From contig RDEW01000001.1 in NCBI GenBank assembly GCA_011109175.1, positions 1,922,332-1,986,331 of the forward strand: 64,000 bases of DNA, in the 5' to 3' direction. This document shows positions 38,282 through 51,109 of this stretch, piece after piece; positions within the stretch are counted from its first letter, which is position 1; every line of letters begins with the position of its first letter. The notes below the pieces were generated by a model that saw only the letters and a program-made list of their open reading frames with translations, was not told the origin of the DNA and did not search any database. Source of the DNA: Dicyema japonicum. Lineage: Eukaryota > Animalia > Dicyemida. The position numbers and the translations under genes are program-made.

Positions 38282-39620
38282 GGGGGTCCTTCGAGGACCG
38301 CATCATCCAGATACCATAGGTTGAGGGGCGAGCGCGGAGGTTTGGTGATTTTTTCTATTGCATGACAAAATAATAGGGGTCCAAGAGGATCTCCCTGTTG
38401 CACTCCAGAATACGAATGGATTAGGTAGTCTCCGAAAAGTGCATGACTGATTCACAAATTCGAAAACATTAGGGCATCTCTCAACACATGCCTCCAGGAT
38501 ATTGTCCCTCCTTAGACTATTGAAGGCGTTCTTGATGTCCAGTTTGACCAGGACATGTTCCAGGAATCTTCTATACTGCGGTTTATGAATATCCTCACTG
38601 AATGGACAGCGGCCTCGCTTCCCAAGCGAATACCGATGCCTACTTGAAGGGGGTTCAAGAATTTTGTGACGAGTGGAATAAATGTCTGGAGGCAATTTTA
38701 GCAGCCAGTTTTCTGAAGACAAACCCGACCGCAACTGGTCGTACTCCGCCGCCAATTTTAGGCTATCAAATTGGCGGAGAACAGGACATGACGGATAACT
38801 TCGGGAAGAACTTCAGACAGGATCCGGTTCATAAGTGAAGTAATTGAATTCGTAAGACGAAGTCCCTGGTCTCCTACGGACAAAGAGGTTAGATCCTTCA
38901 GGTATCCAGGTCTCATTCCGTCGAGCCCGCCACTGCTACTAGGGGCAAAATTCCGTATTGCGGAAGAACTTCATCGTTTGATGCAATCAGGGGACTCACT
39001 CCGGATGGAGAAGCGACTTGGCGTAGGTTTTGGGGTGACAGTGGATGCTTGTTCCATAAAATATTGTAGGCGTCAGGAGTCGGTTTTCGTGGTCAATTAA
39101 CTTCGACCGGACAGTTCTCTTGAGACGGAGCACTTCGACTTCCTCGCTCTGACCACGTGTTTCCCTCGTACGGTTAGAAGCCATGAAACAACTGGAGATG
39201 TGGATACCTCCCAAAAAAGAGAGAATTTTGGTCCTCATGGTGGTAGCGAAAGACTCGATCAAGTCCCAGTGCGGAAGGCGCAAAACTGAATAAGCGCATC
39301 CAATCATGTACTGCGTTAGTCCGGAAGGCATCTTAGATCTTTTTAGAAAGGGCCTCCGCAGCGACAGGTCGTACAGCCTTGGGAATCTTCACAGGGATAG
39401 TCCGTGAAGAACGTAATTCAGAGATGAGACGTAGGAACGTTTCAGGGTCCGTGGTTGATGGGTAATCAACGAGAGAGTTAACATTGACGCGGGCACGGGG
39501 AATCCCCTTGCATAGGCCGAGGCATGACTGGCAGTGCTATATTCCAAGCACGCTCGCTACGGCTCAGGATAGCTTGATACACCCGAAGTGGAAAAAATCT
39601 TCACAGTAGAGCAGGAGATC
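38282..39620 (-). mobile_element. CRE-like retrotransposon 5'/RT part, frameshifted
   Basis: 'GGLDGMRPGYLKD', 'VRPVAVG', 'KLDIKNAFNSLRR', 'GVQQGDPLGPL', 'WYLDD'. Confidence 0.82.
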
Positions 39621-39799
39621 CCACGCTTCCTAGTTCTGACAAGCCGACAGAAAAAACATATCTCCTTTTTCTTCTAAGTGAGAACATTTTTTTCAGGTGC
39701 TTTTATTACAACAGGAATAATCACAACAATGACCGTCCACAAGACAAGAACACAGCAAATTGCCTGCCGAAATTCAATTTCAGAAATCATTTCGTTAAG

Positions 39800-40160
39800 A
39801 TTTTGTCTGTATGTCCTTGTGAAGGTCATCAATGAATTATAGGTCACGTCAAAGATTTTAGGGTTTTAGAAACGGCTATAGGTACATCCCAGGCAGACCT
39901 CGACCTCATCCTTGTAGCGACGGTCCGTTGTGAATAGTGAAGGAAGATTGTTGTGATGACAAAGTTTATTACATGAAATCCAATTCATCATACGATCAAG
40001 GTATGTCTGGACTACCTCGGTTGGCATTGAAGGGGAACTGTTCTTAAAGGCGATGATAACATCGTCTGCATATGACAAAAGTAATGTTTTCGGGTAGTCA
40101 ATCTGTGAAACATCATGAACAGATTGACTAATCGTAAAAAGAGCGTAGAGTCTATGGGTT
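39800..40160 (-). mobile_element. LINE RT fragment
   Basis: 'LLSYADDVII..VQTYLDRMMNW'. Confidence 0.65.
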
Positions 40161-40170
40161 ACTGGTGCAT

Positions 40171-40240
40171 TATAGTACCCCCTAAGCAAGTATAGTACCC
40201 CCTAAGCAGTTATAGTACTCCTAAACAATTATAGTACCCC
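40171..40240 (+). repeat. Tandem ~20-bp repeat, about 3.5 units
   Basis: Unit tatagtaccccctaagcaag with variants. Confidence 0.8.
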
Positions 40241-40614
40241 AAAGAAATTTTTCTTATAAGTGCTTAAATTTGTCTCAAAACGTGATTGGCGTTGCAAGGG
40301 ACAAAAAACTAAGGTTACTGGTGCAGTATATTTATAACCACTATATACTTCATTTTCGAAAGACATTTTGGACTTTAATTAAAATGGTCCCCCATCAAAA
40401 ACATTTCTTTGATTTTAAAAGATCATTTTACCAAATTTGGGATAAGTTGTATAAAAGTTGCTAAAGTTTAAAAAATCAATAATTCTGATATACTGATTAA
40501 AAAACACTTCGCCAAAATACTTATATATCGCACAAGCTAGACCTAAACTATATTACAGTAAAAAACAGCTATGATACCTAATCGTAGAAAGGAAACCAGA
40601 TGTTCTTTACTTCT

Positions 40615-40687
40615 GTTAGTCCCTGTAAACGATCAGGTTCCACAGTGAGGTATTCCTTGATGACGGTATCACTCGTCAAACCCAGAG
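40615..40687 (-). mobile_element. tRNA-SINE 3' domain fragment
   Basis: Minus strand reads tttgacgagtgataccgtcatcaaggaatacctcactgtggaacc. Confidence 0.65.
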
Positions 40688-40789
40688 ACATACTAACACT
40701 CCCACTAATTAGTATTTTATGTTATAGATAATTATTTATTTGATTAACATTCTAATAAATATTTTAAATTAAATTTTAGTCGTTGTATA

Positions 40790-43115
40790 ATGGATAATAT
40801 TGAAATTGCTCGAGAATATATTTTCCGTGCGCATTCTCTTTGCTACAAAGATACAAAAGATGGAATTTACTCTGGATTTTCATGTTTTATTGAAGCTGCA
40901 AAAATTGCTCCTCACTCTTCTCAAATATTTCTAAAATTTGGTGACTTTTTTCTCTATTTTATGAACGACGCTAAACGTGCCTATATCTGCTTTGAACGAG
41001 CTTTCAATTTGGATCCAAATGATTGTGAAGTCGCCATTGCTTACCATTCCAGTCGATTTGACTTATTAAATGAAGAGAACAGTATGAAATTCCTTAAAAA
41101 CTTTATCCGAACTAAACTAACTCTCTCAAGTCTTCCAGCCTTAAAGAGACTGGTCATCTATTTTATGTTTTCTGGGAATATTCCTATGGCTCAAAGAGTT
41201 TGTGATCATGCTATCGATATTAATAAGAATGATTTTGTATTCCTGATATTAAGGGCTGAACTCAATCGTCTCAATGGGATGAATATTTCTAATTCTTTTA
41301 AAGCAACACTCGAGGAATCAACAAATTCAAACCAATTCCATCTTCTCGTACGTCTTATTGTCACAATTTCTTCACTCAAATCTGGTGATTTTGAACAAGT
41401 TGCTGATTCGTTGGAAACTTTGCTTAATTCTGGAGAATCTGACGATTTAACCATTTTTGAAATTCTCTATGCTGAGATTATATGTTATATGGGAGATGAT
41501 TTGATGAACCTTAATCGCTGTAAGGAGGCCAGGGACCTATACTCAATTTCATTTGACGTTCTCTCGTCAGTATTCAGCAGGAAAAGTAGAGATTTTAGTA
41601 TGCCTTTATTTGTTTTTGGTTATTCATCATTTCGACTTGCTCAACTCTCTTTTGAAAAGCATACACTAGAAGAATTTGATTTTTATGCAAAACAGAGTAT
41701 ATGGGCATTTGGAAATTTGGCTGCTACCTCAGCCCTTTCTTCTTCATTTTATAATTGTGCTTTGGCTTCATGTTTTTTATGGCGTGTAAACAATCAAGAC
41801 AAAGTGAGGGATTTTGCCCTTAACTGCGCCTTAAAATCAATTTCCTTAACAAATAAAAGTTCAGACTCGTGGCTTCTACTGGGAACGCTCGCCTATTTCT
41901 TCAAGGATTATGTTTGTTCTGAAAAAGCATTTGTTAGGGCAATTGAATCTTCCAGATACAACGAACGAGCTTTAATAAATTTATCTCTACTTTATTACAC
42001 ATGTAGAACATACAAGTCCTGTCTTTCTACTATTGAACTTTCCAAGAGTGTTTCCTTTTCAAGAGATTGTGAAATTTTGTTGAAAATTCTACTTATGAAA
42101 TCTGATAAGAAGTTGTTTGAGGATGTCTACAATTATCTTTTAATGGGGATTAACGATCCAAGTCCATCATTCAATACACTTCTCCTGTTTGCTGATCACA
42201 TCACTCAAAGAATCAAAAATATTAACAAACCTGAACCAAGGGGATGGAATTTAGTTCCTTCTTCGGTTACTAGTAGGGATTCTCCGTTGGATATGCAAAT
42301 TGTTAGAGCTATTGATGGTCTCATTTGTTACTTAGATTTTAAAAATAAGGATGCCATAGTCCATTCTCTTGTTGGGTCATTGATGGAACTTTTTGGTTAC
42401 AAAAGTGCAGTGGAACATCACAGAAGCGCATTGGATATTATTTTTGATGGGAATTCTCCAGATCTTCTTGATTTGACTGAGGAAAAGAGAACAATTATTT
42501 TTAATGCCATTCGGAGTCCTTCATTAATTGATTAATTTTATTTCTGTTGATTTTATCGTCAGGTTGAGTGAGATGGATGATATAACTGAAACTGAACTGT
42601 TGAATATATTCGTTGCCTTTTATAAGATTGGACAATTTGATTTTGCGTTGAATATTCTTGATAAATTATCTCAGACACCCACAATTTTGAGATTAAAAGC
42701 TCTAACTTTTTTCAAGAGAGGAGATTCGTCAATTGCTCTTAATTTGTTGATTGAACATAAATGCATGGATTTTGCTTCAGATGTATTTTATTTGTCATTC
42801 CTTACTAAACGACACACATCTCTTATATTGCCTACGAGATCTGGAGGATCTGACTCCAATTTTTGTGAATTGCTATGGGCGTTTATTAAAGATGAATGTA
42901 AATGTGAGAATATTTCTGATCCAGGTTTTCGCACTTTCTTCACTGTTGACCAAAACGATTTTGCTGATTTATTCGATAAATTACTATCACGAGGCCTTAA
43001 AGTGGAATCTTTTTCAAATATTAGACGTCTTATTTGTAATTGTGAAACTTCACCAAATTTATCTAAAAATTTATTCGATGCCCTTCAAAAGTATTACTTT
43101 TTATGTCCTTGTTGA
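40790..43115 (+). CDS. TTC37: TPR protein similar to SKI complex subunit TTC37/SKIC3 (Ski3); N-terminally short, intronless, frameshift near 42530; possibly a retrocopy or pseudogene
   Basis: 'FIEAAKIAP...FGDFFLYFMNDAKRAYICFERAFNLDPND' resembles TTC37 'FLKAARLD..LGHYY..DKNRARGCYRKAFELD'; further TPRs 'WLLLGTLA..SEKAFVRAI'. A 581-aa ORF overlaps a 195-aa ORF. Confidence 0.7.
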
Positions 43116-44312
43116 TTTTGGTAATTGTAATTCCTTAATTTTTTTTATAAAAATAGTCACAAAGATGGTTTGTTTCATCTCTTATTAAACAATCGAGATG
43201 ATTTTCATTGATCCCCATAATTAACTTCAGCTCTGTGATTTCTCAACGTGAATCGCTTAGTAGCCTGAGCTTGTCATCAATGTAGTGATAGTCAAATCCT
43301 CATAATAATAAATGAATAAATAGGAAAATGAGCGTACATAAATCAAAATATGAATTTCAAATAGGACAAATCCATTTTTATGTTAGCTAAGACCTTTGTA
43401 GATCATCATTTTCAACAATCTAACATCTTTTTTATCGACGATCTGAAATTTGTCACGATTACAAAAATGATGGAAGATGTGAAATTATATTTCAAAACTG
43501 CTGGTTTCAAATCAGCCACTTATTAAGCTCTATTATCAAAAGAACTAGGTTTGTAAATGGAATTATGGATATAAATATCTATATGAACTGGAAGGTGCTA
43601 TTGGTCAGATTAGGAAAGTCAGAAATGTTGAAAATAACTTCTACAGAGGTTAACAGAAGAATTGAGTGTTTGGTGACCATAAAACTAATTCAATAAATCT
43701 CATCAAGGCAATAAGTGAATATTACTGTATCCAATTTATATCCATTAATCCTTTCAAAGCTATCCAAACATCGAGTACACCTTACACCGGAAAATAAACA
43801 AAGATTATATCTTCTTGGTAACTTTGGAAGAAGTATACAATAACTCTCTTTTATGTCCGAGAAAATTCTTTTGGGGCTAATTCTTGATTTAAAGAACAGA
43901 AGTGTTGCATGTAGCAGGAGTGTCACAATCCTTCAGGCCGAAATTTCACAGAATACTCATAAATGTTATTGTGTGGCGAGAAAGTTGAAGGTGGGAGGAT
44001 AAGGGAATAGGTCATTCTGTTGTCGTTAAGAATGCAATTCGTAAAAATGAACAGCGCTTAAAGAAACAGAAAAAAGTCTTTGAATAAACGTCGATCTCGT
44101 TTCTATGGGTACCCAATTAACCTCGTTTATACTTAATGAAGGTTTTAGTTTTTCAATTTCATTGGTTGATGATGGTAATAATCGTCTGTTATTAGATAAT
44201 ACAAAGCGTCTTATTTGTCGAGAACAAGGTTGGGGGAGCATAAGAGAAGAGGTTTCAGGTTATTTCTTATGTGAAGCACAACGAGTGTGGACGTCACATT
44301 GCATAGTGGTTA

Positions 44313-44495
44313 GCCTGATGGCATAGTGGTTAAATGTCGGGCTAAAGTGACTTAGGTTACGGGTTCGATTCTCGCTGCTGTTCACCTGGTGGAAGGTTCC
44401 ACGCATCTACGATGCCAAAAGGGTTTGACGAGTGACGCCGTCATCAGTGGATACTCACTGCGGAACTAGATTGTCTAGAAAGGATTCACATACAA
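44313..44495 (+). mobile_element. tRNA-derived SINE, best-preserved copy
   Basis: A box tggcatagtgg and B box ggttcgattct, followed by the body shared with 28995, 40615 and 49118. Confidence 0.8.
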
Positions 44496-45161
44496 GTTGA
44501 GGTGTTGTGTCGACAAAATAGACGGGGAAATCTTATCTGCCAGAATCACAATTAAATAAACTAGAGGGGGCATGGCGAAACTCTTTAGATATTCAGGGAT
44601 CAGCTACAAAAAATTTCTTCTAGATGAATTCAGTCTGTAATTACTAAAGCAGATTCTTATCATTTGGGTATATTCCATTGATGAAACGAAGTCGTATTAC
44701 CTAATCTGCAATATTACTTTGACAAATGTAGCCATCAAAACTATTGCAGCATTTGCGAAGCAAGCATTCGTCAAACTGACAAAGACATCGAATTGAAAAA
44801 CTGAGAACTATTTCAACACTCACACAGTTAAACAAAATTACAATGAACATATGTTAAAAACATTGATGAGTATGATGCCCTGATAAAAATTTAAAAGATG
44901 GAGAATGAACTATGGTTTGCAAATCGTCACGAAAATTATCGTCTGATTAAAAAATCAACGAATTTATTATCATGAATGGAAGGTTATACAAAAAGGTCAC
45001 AGAAAATCTCAAACTATACCATTTCATGTTTAAAGTAGGTCTTACCAAAAGCAATGTGGAACAAAAAATAATTTTTGTTTGTTTAAACCGTGTGCAAACA
45101 ATGCAAAAGTGACTAAGCAAAAACCTATATATTCGCATGTCTGCGCAAATATTTTATTCGT

Positions 45162-45735
45162 ATGCAGATAAAAAAGTCTGAAGCTGCAATTAAGAAAAGT
45201 CTTATTATCGGGGCCTATGAGGGAGATGGTAACTGGAGAGAACTTGCAAAATCTCTCGATGTTCCGAAAACTACTTCTTATCGTTGGGGATCAAAAGCAA
45301 AAAAATGTCTTGATCAACATAAAGATTCATGTGTTGAACAGTTCGAAATTAACTCTAGGATTACTGTTGAGGCCTTGAGAATTCTTTTAAATTCTAATTT
45401 CAGCTTAAATGTTTCAAAAGAAACCATTCGAGTCCACTTGGACGGTGCCTGTTATTATTTGAAAGATATCAGATATGAACCAGAGAAAGGCAATAGTGAA
45501 TTAAATAAAGAAAAAAATTTATTATTTCATCGTTGGAATATCAATAGGAGGAAATTCCAATATTATTGATGGATGAAACAAATCTCAACATGCACATATC
45601 CCGTAAAAAGGGTCGTTCAAAAAAAGGAACAAGGGCTAATGTAGTTGCAACAAGTTCGCGAGGTACCAATCTACATTTCATTAGTTGTATTAGGTCCCTT
45701 GAGGTTGTTACACTGTGAATTCAAACGTGGATATT
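45162..45735 (+). mobile_element. IS630/Tc1-like transposase (HTH + start of DDE), frameshifted and truncated
   Basis: 'WRELAKSLDVPKTTSYRW', 'VSKETIRVHL', 'LMDETNLNMHISRKKGRSKKGTRA..SRGTNLHFISCI'. Confidence 0.75.
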
Positions 45736-47419
45736 AAGCCACGTGGCTCCATGTGGTGCTTCGTGGTTAACTGATTAAAGTTTCTGTTTTGTTCGTCTGT
45801 TCCTAATTCACTTAATTAACCTGCGTCATGTAGTTCGCCTTGTCTGGTGACGTCAGATACAAGCCAAAGCGTATCCAAAAAGAACCATTCGTCAACGACC
45901 ATCCAGGAGTTCCCCTGGACGGCTCTTCCTACACATCCGAAACTTTTCCAGTGGAGACTCCATGTCAGGAGAATGAGCAGGAACGCAGTCGGAATACTGA
46001 GAAAAGATGTGGAGATCGTTGAGGGAGGCTGGGATCACCTGAAGTTTGGTTATTTTGGATATGACGGTGGTTTTGGTTCAATAAATTAATTGGGACATCA
46101 ATGACAATTTTATATCCAAATATTTTATTTATCTGTTACAAAATTGTGCTCTAAGAATAAAATCCTACTTCACAGATGTTGATAACCTGATTTCTTCTTT
46201 AAAGGCTGCTACGGTGAAGAATAAAAGATGCTGGAAAATGTTCTCACAAATAGGAAATCCACCCAGGGTTTCTCGATTTTTTGAACGTGCTTATGTGGTG
46301 TCTTGTGGCTCACCCGATAAGGTGTCACCCATTCCGGAAAGGAACGAAAAGAGCCATTAACTTCTCCCCACCTCTTGGGGGTTCCCATAAGTTATGTGCC
46401 CCCGACTCCGTCTTGTGTCACCATTGTTCTGGACACTTGATCCTGCTATATGGCGACATTGAAACAAGCCCATCAAAAGTTGTTGTCACAAGATGGGGAA
46501 GCTGACTAAAAGCAGCCAAGTATTACTCCCAGAAGTTATTAAAATTGTCTTTGAATTTGAAGGAGGTGGTGTTTAATCAAAAATATTTCGATTTTAATAA
46601 TTTTAGGCAAAAGAATCAGTTAATATTCCCACGCTGTTATAAAGTTTAACAGAAATCAGTTCAAACAATTTGGTTTTAATTGAAATGATGGATATCCAAC
46701 AGTTTGAAGATATAGGTTTCGTTCAAATATCCATTTTTCAAACAATCATAATAAAATAAATTTTTGATTTGGTGAAAAAAATCATAATAAAATATCATAA
46801 AAAATATAATTTTTACAAATTAAAAAAAATTGAAACACAGATCACAGTAAATACCGAAAAATCAAATAGTGGAGAATAATCCATATTTATTGGTTAACAA
46901 AATAAATATATTAGACATTTTGATAATAGACTTCAACACTATTTGATGAATCCAATAATATATATAATTGAAGAAAATTTGACAATACAACAGAAATATA
47001 CAACAAATTTAAAGCAAAAAACCAACCACAAGAACGTGGCAATTGCACGCCAAATATTATGTTAATGTATTATAAGGTTAGCCATATTGTAACATTAAAA
47101 TAAATAAACATTATATTAACATAAATTTGTCAAAATTTGACTTTAGTTAATAAATCTAACTATAATTGATGCACAATTTCAGCCAAGGTCAATTCTTGTC
47201 AAGATCCCACCCGTGAGGCGACGAGTTCTTCTGGCACGACACAGTAATTAAAAGAGATCCTACCTTTCTCCCTGATCGAGTCCTCTGATGAAGATTGGAT
47301 TCTGAAAACTATTAAAGAATGAAGTCCTGGACCGTAGGACGAGGGACAAAAATGGAAGAGGGTGGATCTACTTCTCCACCTCTCTTCGGAAAAGGAAGCC
47401 TGTAATGAAGTATTGGAAG

Positions 47420-49080
47420 GGATGATGATGTAACATAAATAATTGGAATCTCGCTCGGGAAAACAAAAGGAAGACTATGCCTTGTGAATATCTACGTTCC
47501 ACCTCTTGGTTCCTGCCCGAAGAGCTATGTTGTGCCAAACCTATCAAGACTGTCTTCCTTCGATGAGATCATCATCTGTGGGGATTTGAATGCGAAGCAT
47601 TCCTTATGGCTGTCAACTCAACTAACTGACATGAGAGGGAAACTATTATTTTTGCAAACGGACTCCTTAACGATATTGAATGATCCATCGAGAAATACAA
47701 GGACACCACTGAGAGAGACAAATAAATCTACCTCACCGGACGAAACACTGCTCATCATCGCTACGAAACAAGAAGCGACCATAATCCGATTGTGGTGAGG
47801 ATCAAAAGAGGCCAACATGAGGACACTTCCTAGCAGCTACAATTACAAAGGTGGTAACTGGAAATTTTATCGCAAAATCTCAGAGGATAAATGAAGAATT
47901 GTTACTTGGATAGCTTCAGTTCTCTGGAGAATGCCATCAGCTACTTTACCCAAATAATCTTGGAAGCAAGATCAAGGGCTATACCCAAAAAACTACTTAA
48001 ATTCGTCGAGTGGTCGAGGGAAGACAGCCTTGATTAAAGAAAGAAATCAGCTTGGATATGATAGAACATTGAATACGGATCAGAACATTGAATAATGAAA
48101 TAATGGTCAAAGAGCTCAAGGCCAGAGGTTGAAGTGGAATCGTGTGCTTACAATGGTGAATAGAACACTACGGGAAGGTGTGGAAAGCTATTCGAAATGT
48201 GGCAAAAGCGATGAAATTTCAACAGAGGAGGATTATGTTCAAAGAGATGTGAACAACTTGATAAAATTCTATACTAAAATTTCACATAAAGAGCACATAA
48301 AAACTGATACACTATCATTACGAGGAAACTAAAGACTATCAGAACTACTCTTCTTTTCGGAGAGAGGCGAGGGATACAATACATTCCGCAAAAACGACAT
48401 ACTCCCACGGATCAGAACATTCCTGTTATTTTATTAAAAAATCTTGGAGACGGAGGAGTCCTTTCCAACGTCGTTTTCAACTATTCATTAACCAGAATGT
48501 GATACCATTATCATGGAAACAGACTAATACCGCCAATACTAAAACCAGGAAGACGAGAAATGATCCAGCGTCTTTTAGACCGGTGTCACTACTATGTTCA
48601 TGTCAAAAATCCTTGAGAGGCTTGTGCTCGGAAGAATAAAAGAATTTTTACCAGAGAGGCCTTTTCAACATGGATTCAAAAATGAGAGATCCACGTCTTC
48701 ATACTTGCAAACATTGACAGACTTCATTCGGGTCGGATTCACAACCAAGCCGAGACACTTTAAAACAGTGCTCTCCTCGATTGACATACATAAAGCTTTT
48801 ACTCAGTCTCGAGGAAGATTTTCGAGAAAAATATTTCAATCGGAGATCCCAGGAAGCTAAAGCTTTGGATCACCAACTTCCTAACTGGACGAAGAGGACG
48901 TATTTGCCTCGGAGGTTTGATATCAATCTCACGGCTCCTCCCCAACGGAGTCCCTCAAGGATCTCCTTTATGCCCTGCTCTGTTTAATTGAATCTGATGT
49001 TCTACTTTCCTATGCGGATGATCTTGTGTTGGCTTGCGAGATCAGGACATCTAGAAGGCCACAGAAAGAATACAAATTAA
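47420..49080 (+). mobile_element. Jockey/I-like APE-RT LINE, degenerate copy of the 51130-53606 family
   Basis: 'NIYVPP..IIICGDLNAKH', 'MSKILERLVL..FQHGF', 'DIHKAF', 'GVPQGS', 'YADD'. Confidence 0.88.
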
Positions 49081-49117
49081 GAACCTTAATGTTAATTTAT
49101 CCTTTTTTTGTTTATGT

Positions 49118-49291
49118 GTTAGTTCCACAAGACAATCCAGTTCCGCACTGTTAAAACACTGATAACAATGTCACTCGTCAACGCCAAAGTATCTTAGATG
49201 CGTGGAACCTTCAACTGAATGGACAACAACAAGATTCGAACCGGAGACCTCATGATTTTGGTACGGAACCTATTAACTAAGTTACAGGCCA
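49118..49291 (-). mobile_element. tRNA-derived SINE copy
   Basis: Minus strand has B box ggttcgaatct and body 'ggttccacgcatc..ttgacgagtgac'. Confidence 0.75.
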
Positions 49292-49909
49292 ATTAGCTTA
49301 ATATGTTCTTTCACGAGTGATTGAAAGAGACTAAGGAGTCATATGGAGAAGAATGACTTTCTGATTCCAGAGCAGTGGGGTTTTCGTTTTGGAAGAAATT
49401 GTATATACTGTTTCTTTCTACTTAATTCTGAAATCATGAAGGCAAGGGATTCCAAAAGGCTAATAAACGTATTGTCTTGGTACACAGTGGAGATTATATA
49501 AATGACATAAAAGAGGACGAAGATAGCATTTCAGTCACTCCTCTGTACAAGAAAATTGCATGTTACCCGTGATCCATTTCTGTTCATCTTCAAGGGAGTT
49601 ACACTCTTTAGCCTACTGTATGGGTGCTTCTCTACGAAGGAGATCTTATCCCTCTTAGAGAAAACATGGAGAGCTGTAATTCAGCTTTCCTTAAACAAGA
49701 ATCTGAGTGATGGTCTAAGCGAGGAGGAAAATATGCTACTAATACCAATTAGCAAGACTGTGGAGGATCGGATCGACGGTTTCACGAGGAAATCAAAGAT
49801 CCAAGACACATACATAAGACTGAGAGAACAATTTTGAAAGAATAAAAAGAGGAAGAATTCCAGGTGTAAAGTCCATATGTAATACCCCTCTAAATAACTC
49901 TTACTCTTT

Positions 49910-50400
49910 ATTATTTATTTATTTAAACACCCCAAGACAAGGTCAAAAATCGAAACTAACTATCACGTGATTCCGATATGTTCGAATAAAGTCCTCATCT
50001 TTACCCGATGTTCCTTTCTTGATCCCACACATGTACGTATCGGGCGACTGTTTGTAGAGGTGCTTTGAGTCATCCCGGAATCTAACCGCATGAGGACTTC
50101 CAGAGGAGTCGGTCCGGATCCATGTTTTCCACGAGTACATCGCTCCGTAATTCTGAACTCCCTCTTCTGCATTTCCTCCACTTTTTTTAATTTGTACATG
50201 AGATGGAGGGTCCCTACGAAGCCCATCTATATGAGATACATGGCTCGATGTACTGCTTGTATATGTTCTTCAGTACTGAGGGGTACCGACCTTCCATATT
50301 CCAGATAAAGTCTTTAGAATATTAATTTTCTTTTCGCATTTTGTATGTTCTCAATATGGGTGATGAACAAATGTGCATATCAAATGTCACTCCCAAAATC
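49910..50400 (-). mobile_element. 3' end of the same Jockey/I-like LINE family
   Basis: 'EEMQKR.FRITER...GPTPLEVLMRLDS', followed by an A-rich tail. Confidence 0.8.
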
Positions 50401-51109
50401 TTCTAAAATGTGTTTCATTAATAAATTTTTATTCGTTTATTATTATAAATAAATATGCTGACTTACCACATAATTTAAACCTAATCTATAAATTCAAGTT
50501 AAAGAAAACGCTACCATTAGATGATCTTGGCCATTCTCAGTAATCATTTCATCTTCGCTCAGTATTCCTCACATGATCCCACTCACTTATTTGTAAAATC
50601 ACGTTGGTGGTAAGCGTTCACGCGAGATGAACCGCTCTCTTGCTCTACTCACTAGGGTTTTGAATGAGGTAGGGTCTACAATAGAGGACGAAAGTTTTTC
50701 AAGAGTTATAATTATTGAAGATTGGAAGGCTTAGATTTTCTTTAATTACGTTTTTGAGAGGTTCGTACCCCAGGTAGTGCAATCGTAACTGACATTAATA
50801 AGAGTTAGCCAGTCGTCTATCAGATGTAGAGCGTAGTAGACAATTTTTCTGCACTTGGAGTCATTATATTTGCCTCCAGCATAAATTAATCCAGTCACAG
50901 TAGTTGAAATACTGTTAACTCAAAGATTGACTAATAACACCAGGCGCTCTCTGAATTAATGAATTAATTAATACATTTTCTATGCGTCCGGTGTGTTCCT
51001 AGAAGTTTAAAGGGGACTTAAAGCATTCAAGTTATTAAAAGTCCGAATAATAATAAAATGAAAATAACACAATGAATGATAACCATTTAAGGTTCCACGT
51101 TTTCATTTT

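Noticed and set aside
40171-40240. CRISPR-like array
   Set aside because: The repeats are contiguous without spacers, there are no cas genes, and the context is eukaryotic.
44313-44385. Functional tRNA gene
   Set aside because: No proper acceptor or anticodon stems, and it continues into a dispersed repeat body; it is a SINE head.
44425-44470. CTGATGA on the antisense strand of the SINE as a hammerhead
   Set aside because: It is followed by CAAA rather than GAAA, and CTGATGA is not conserved in the other copies.
47278-47340. Hammerhead-like core ctgatga..gaaa..gtc
   Set aside because: Extra A in GAAA, only 3-bp stems II and III, and a mismatched stem I; a chance match is likely.
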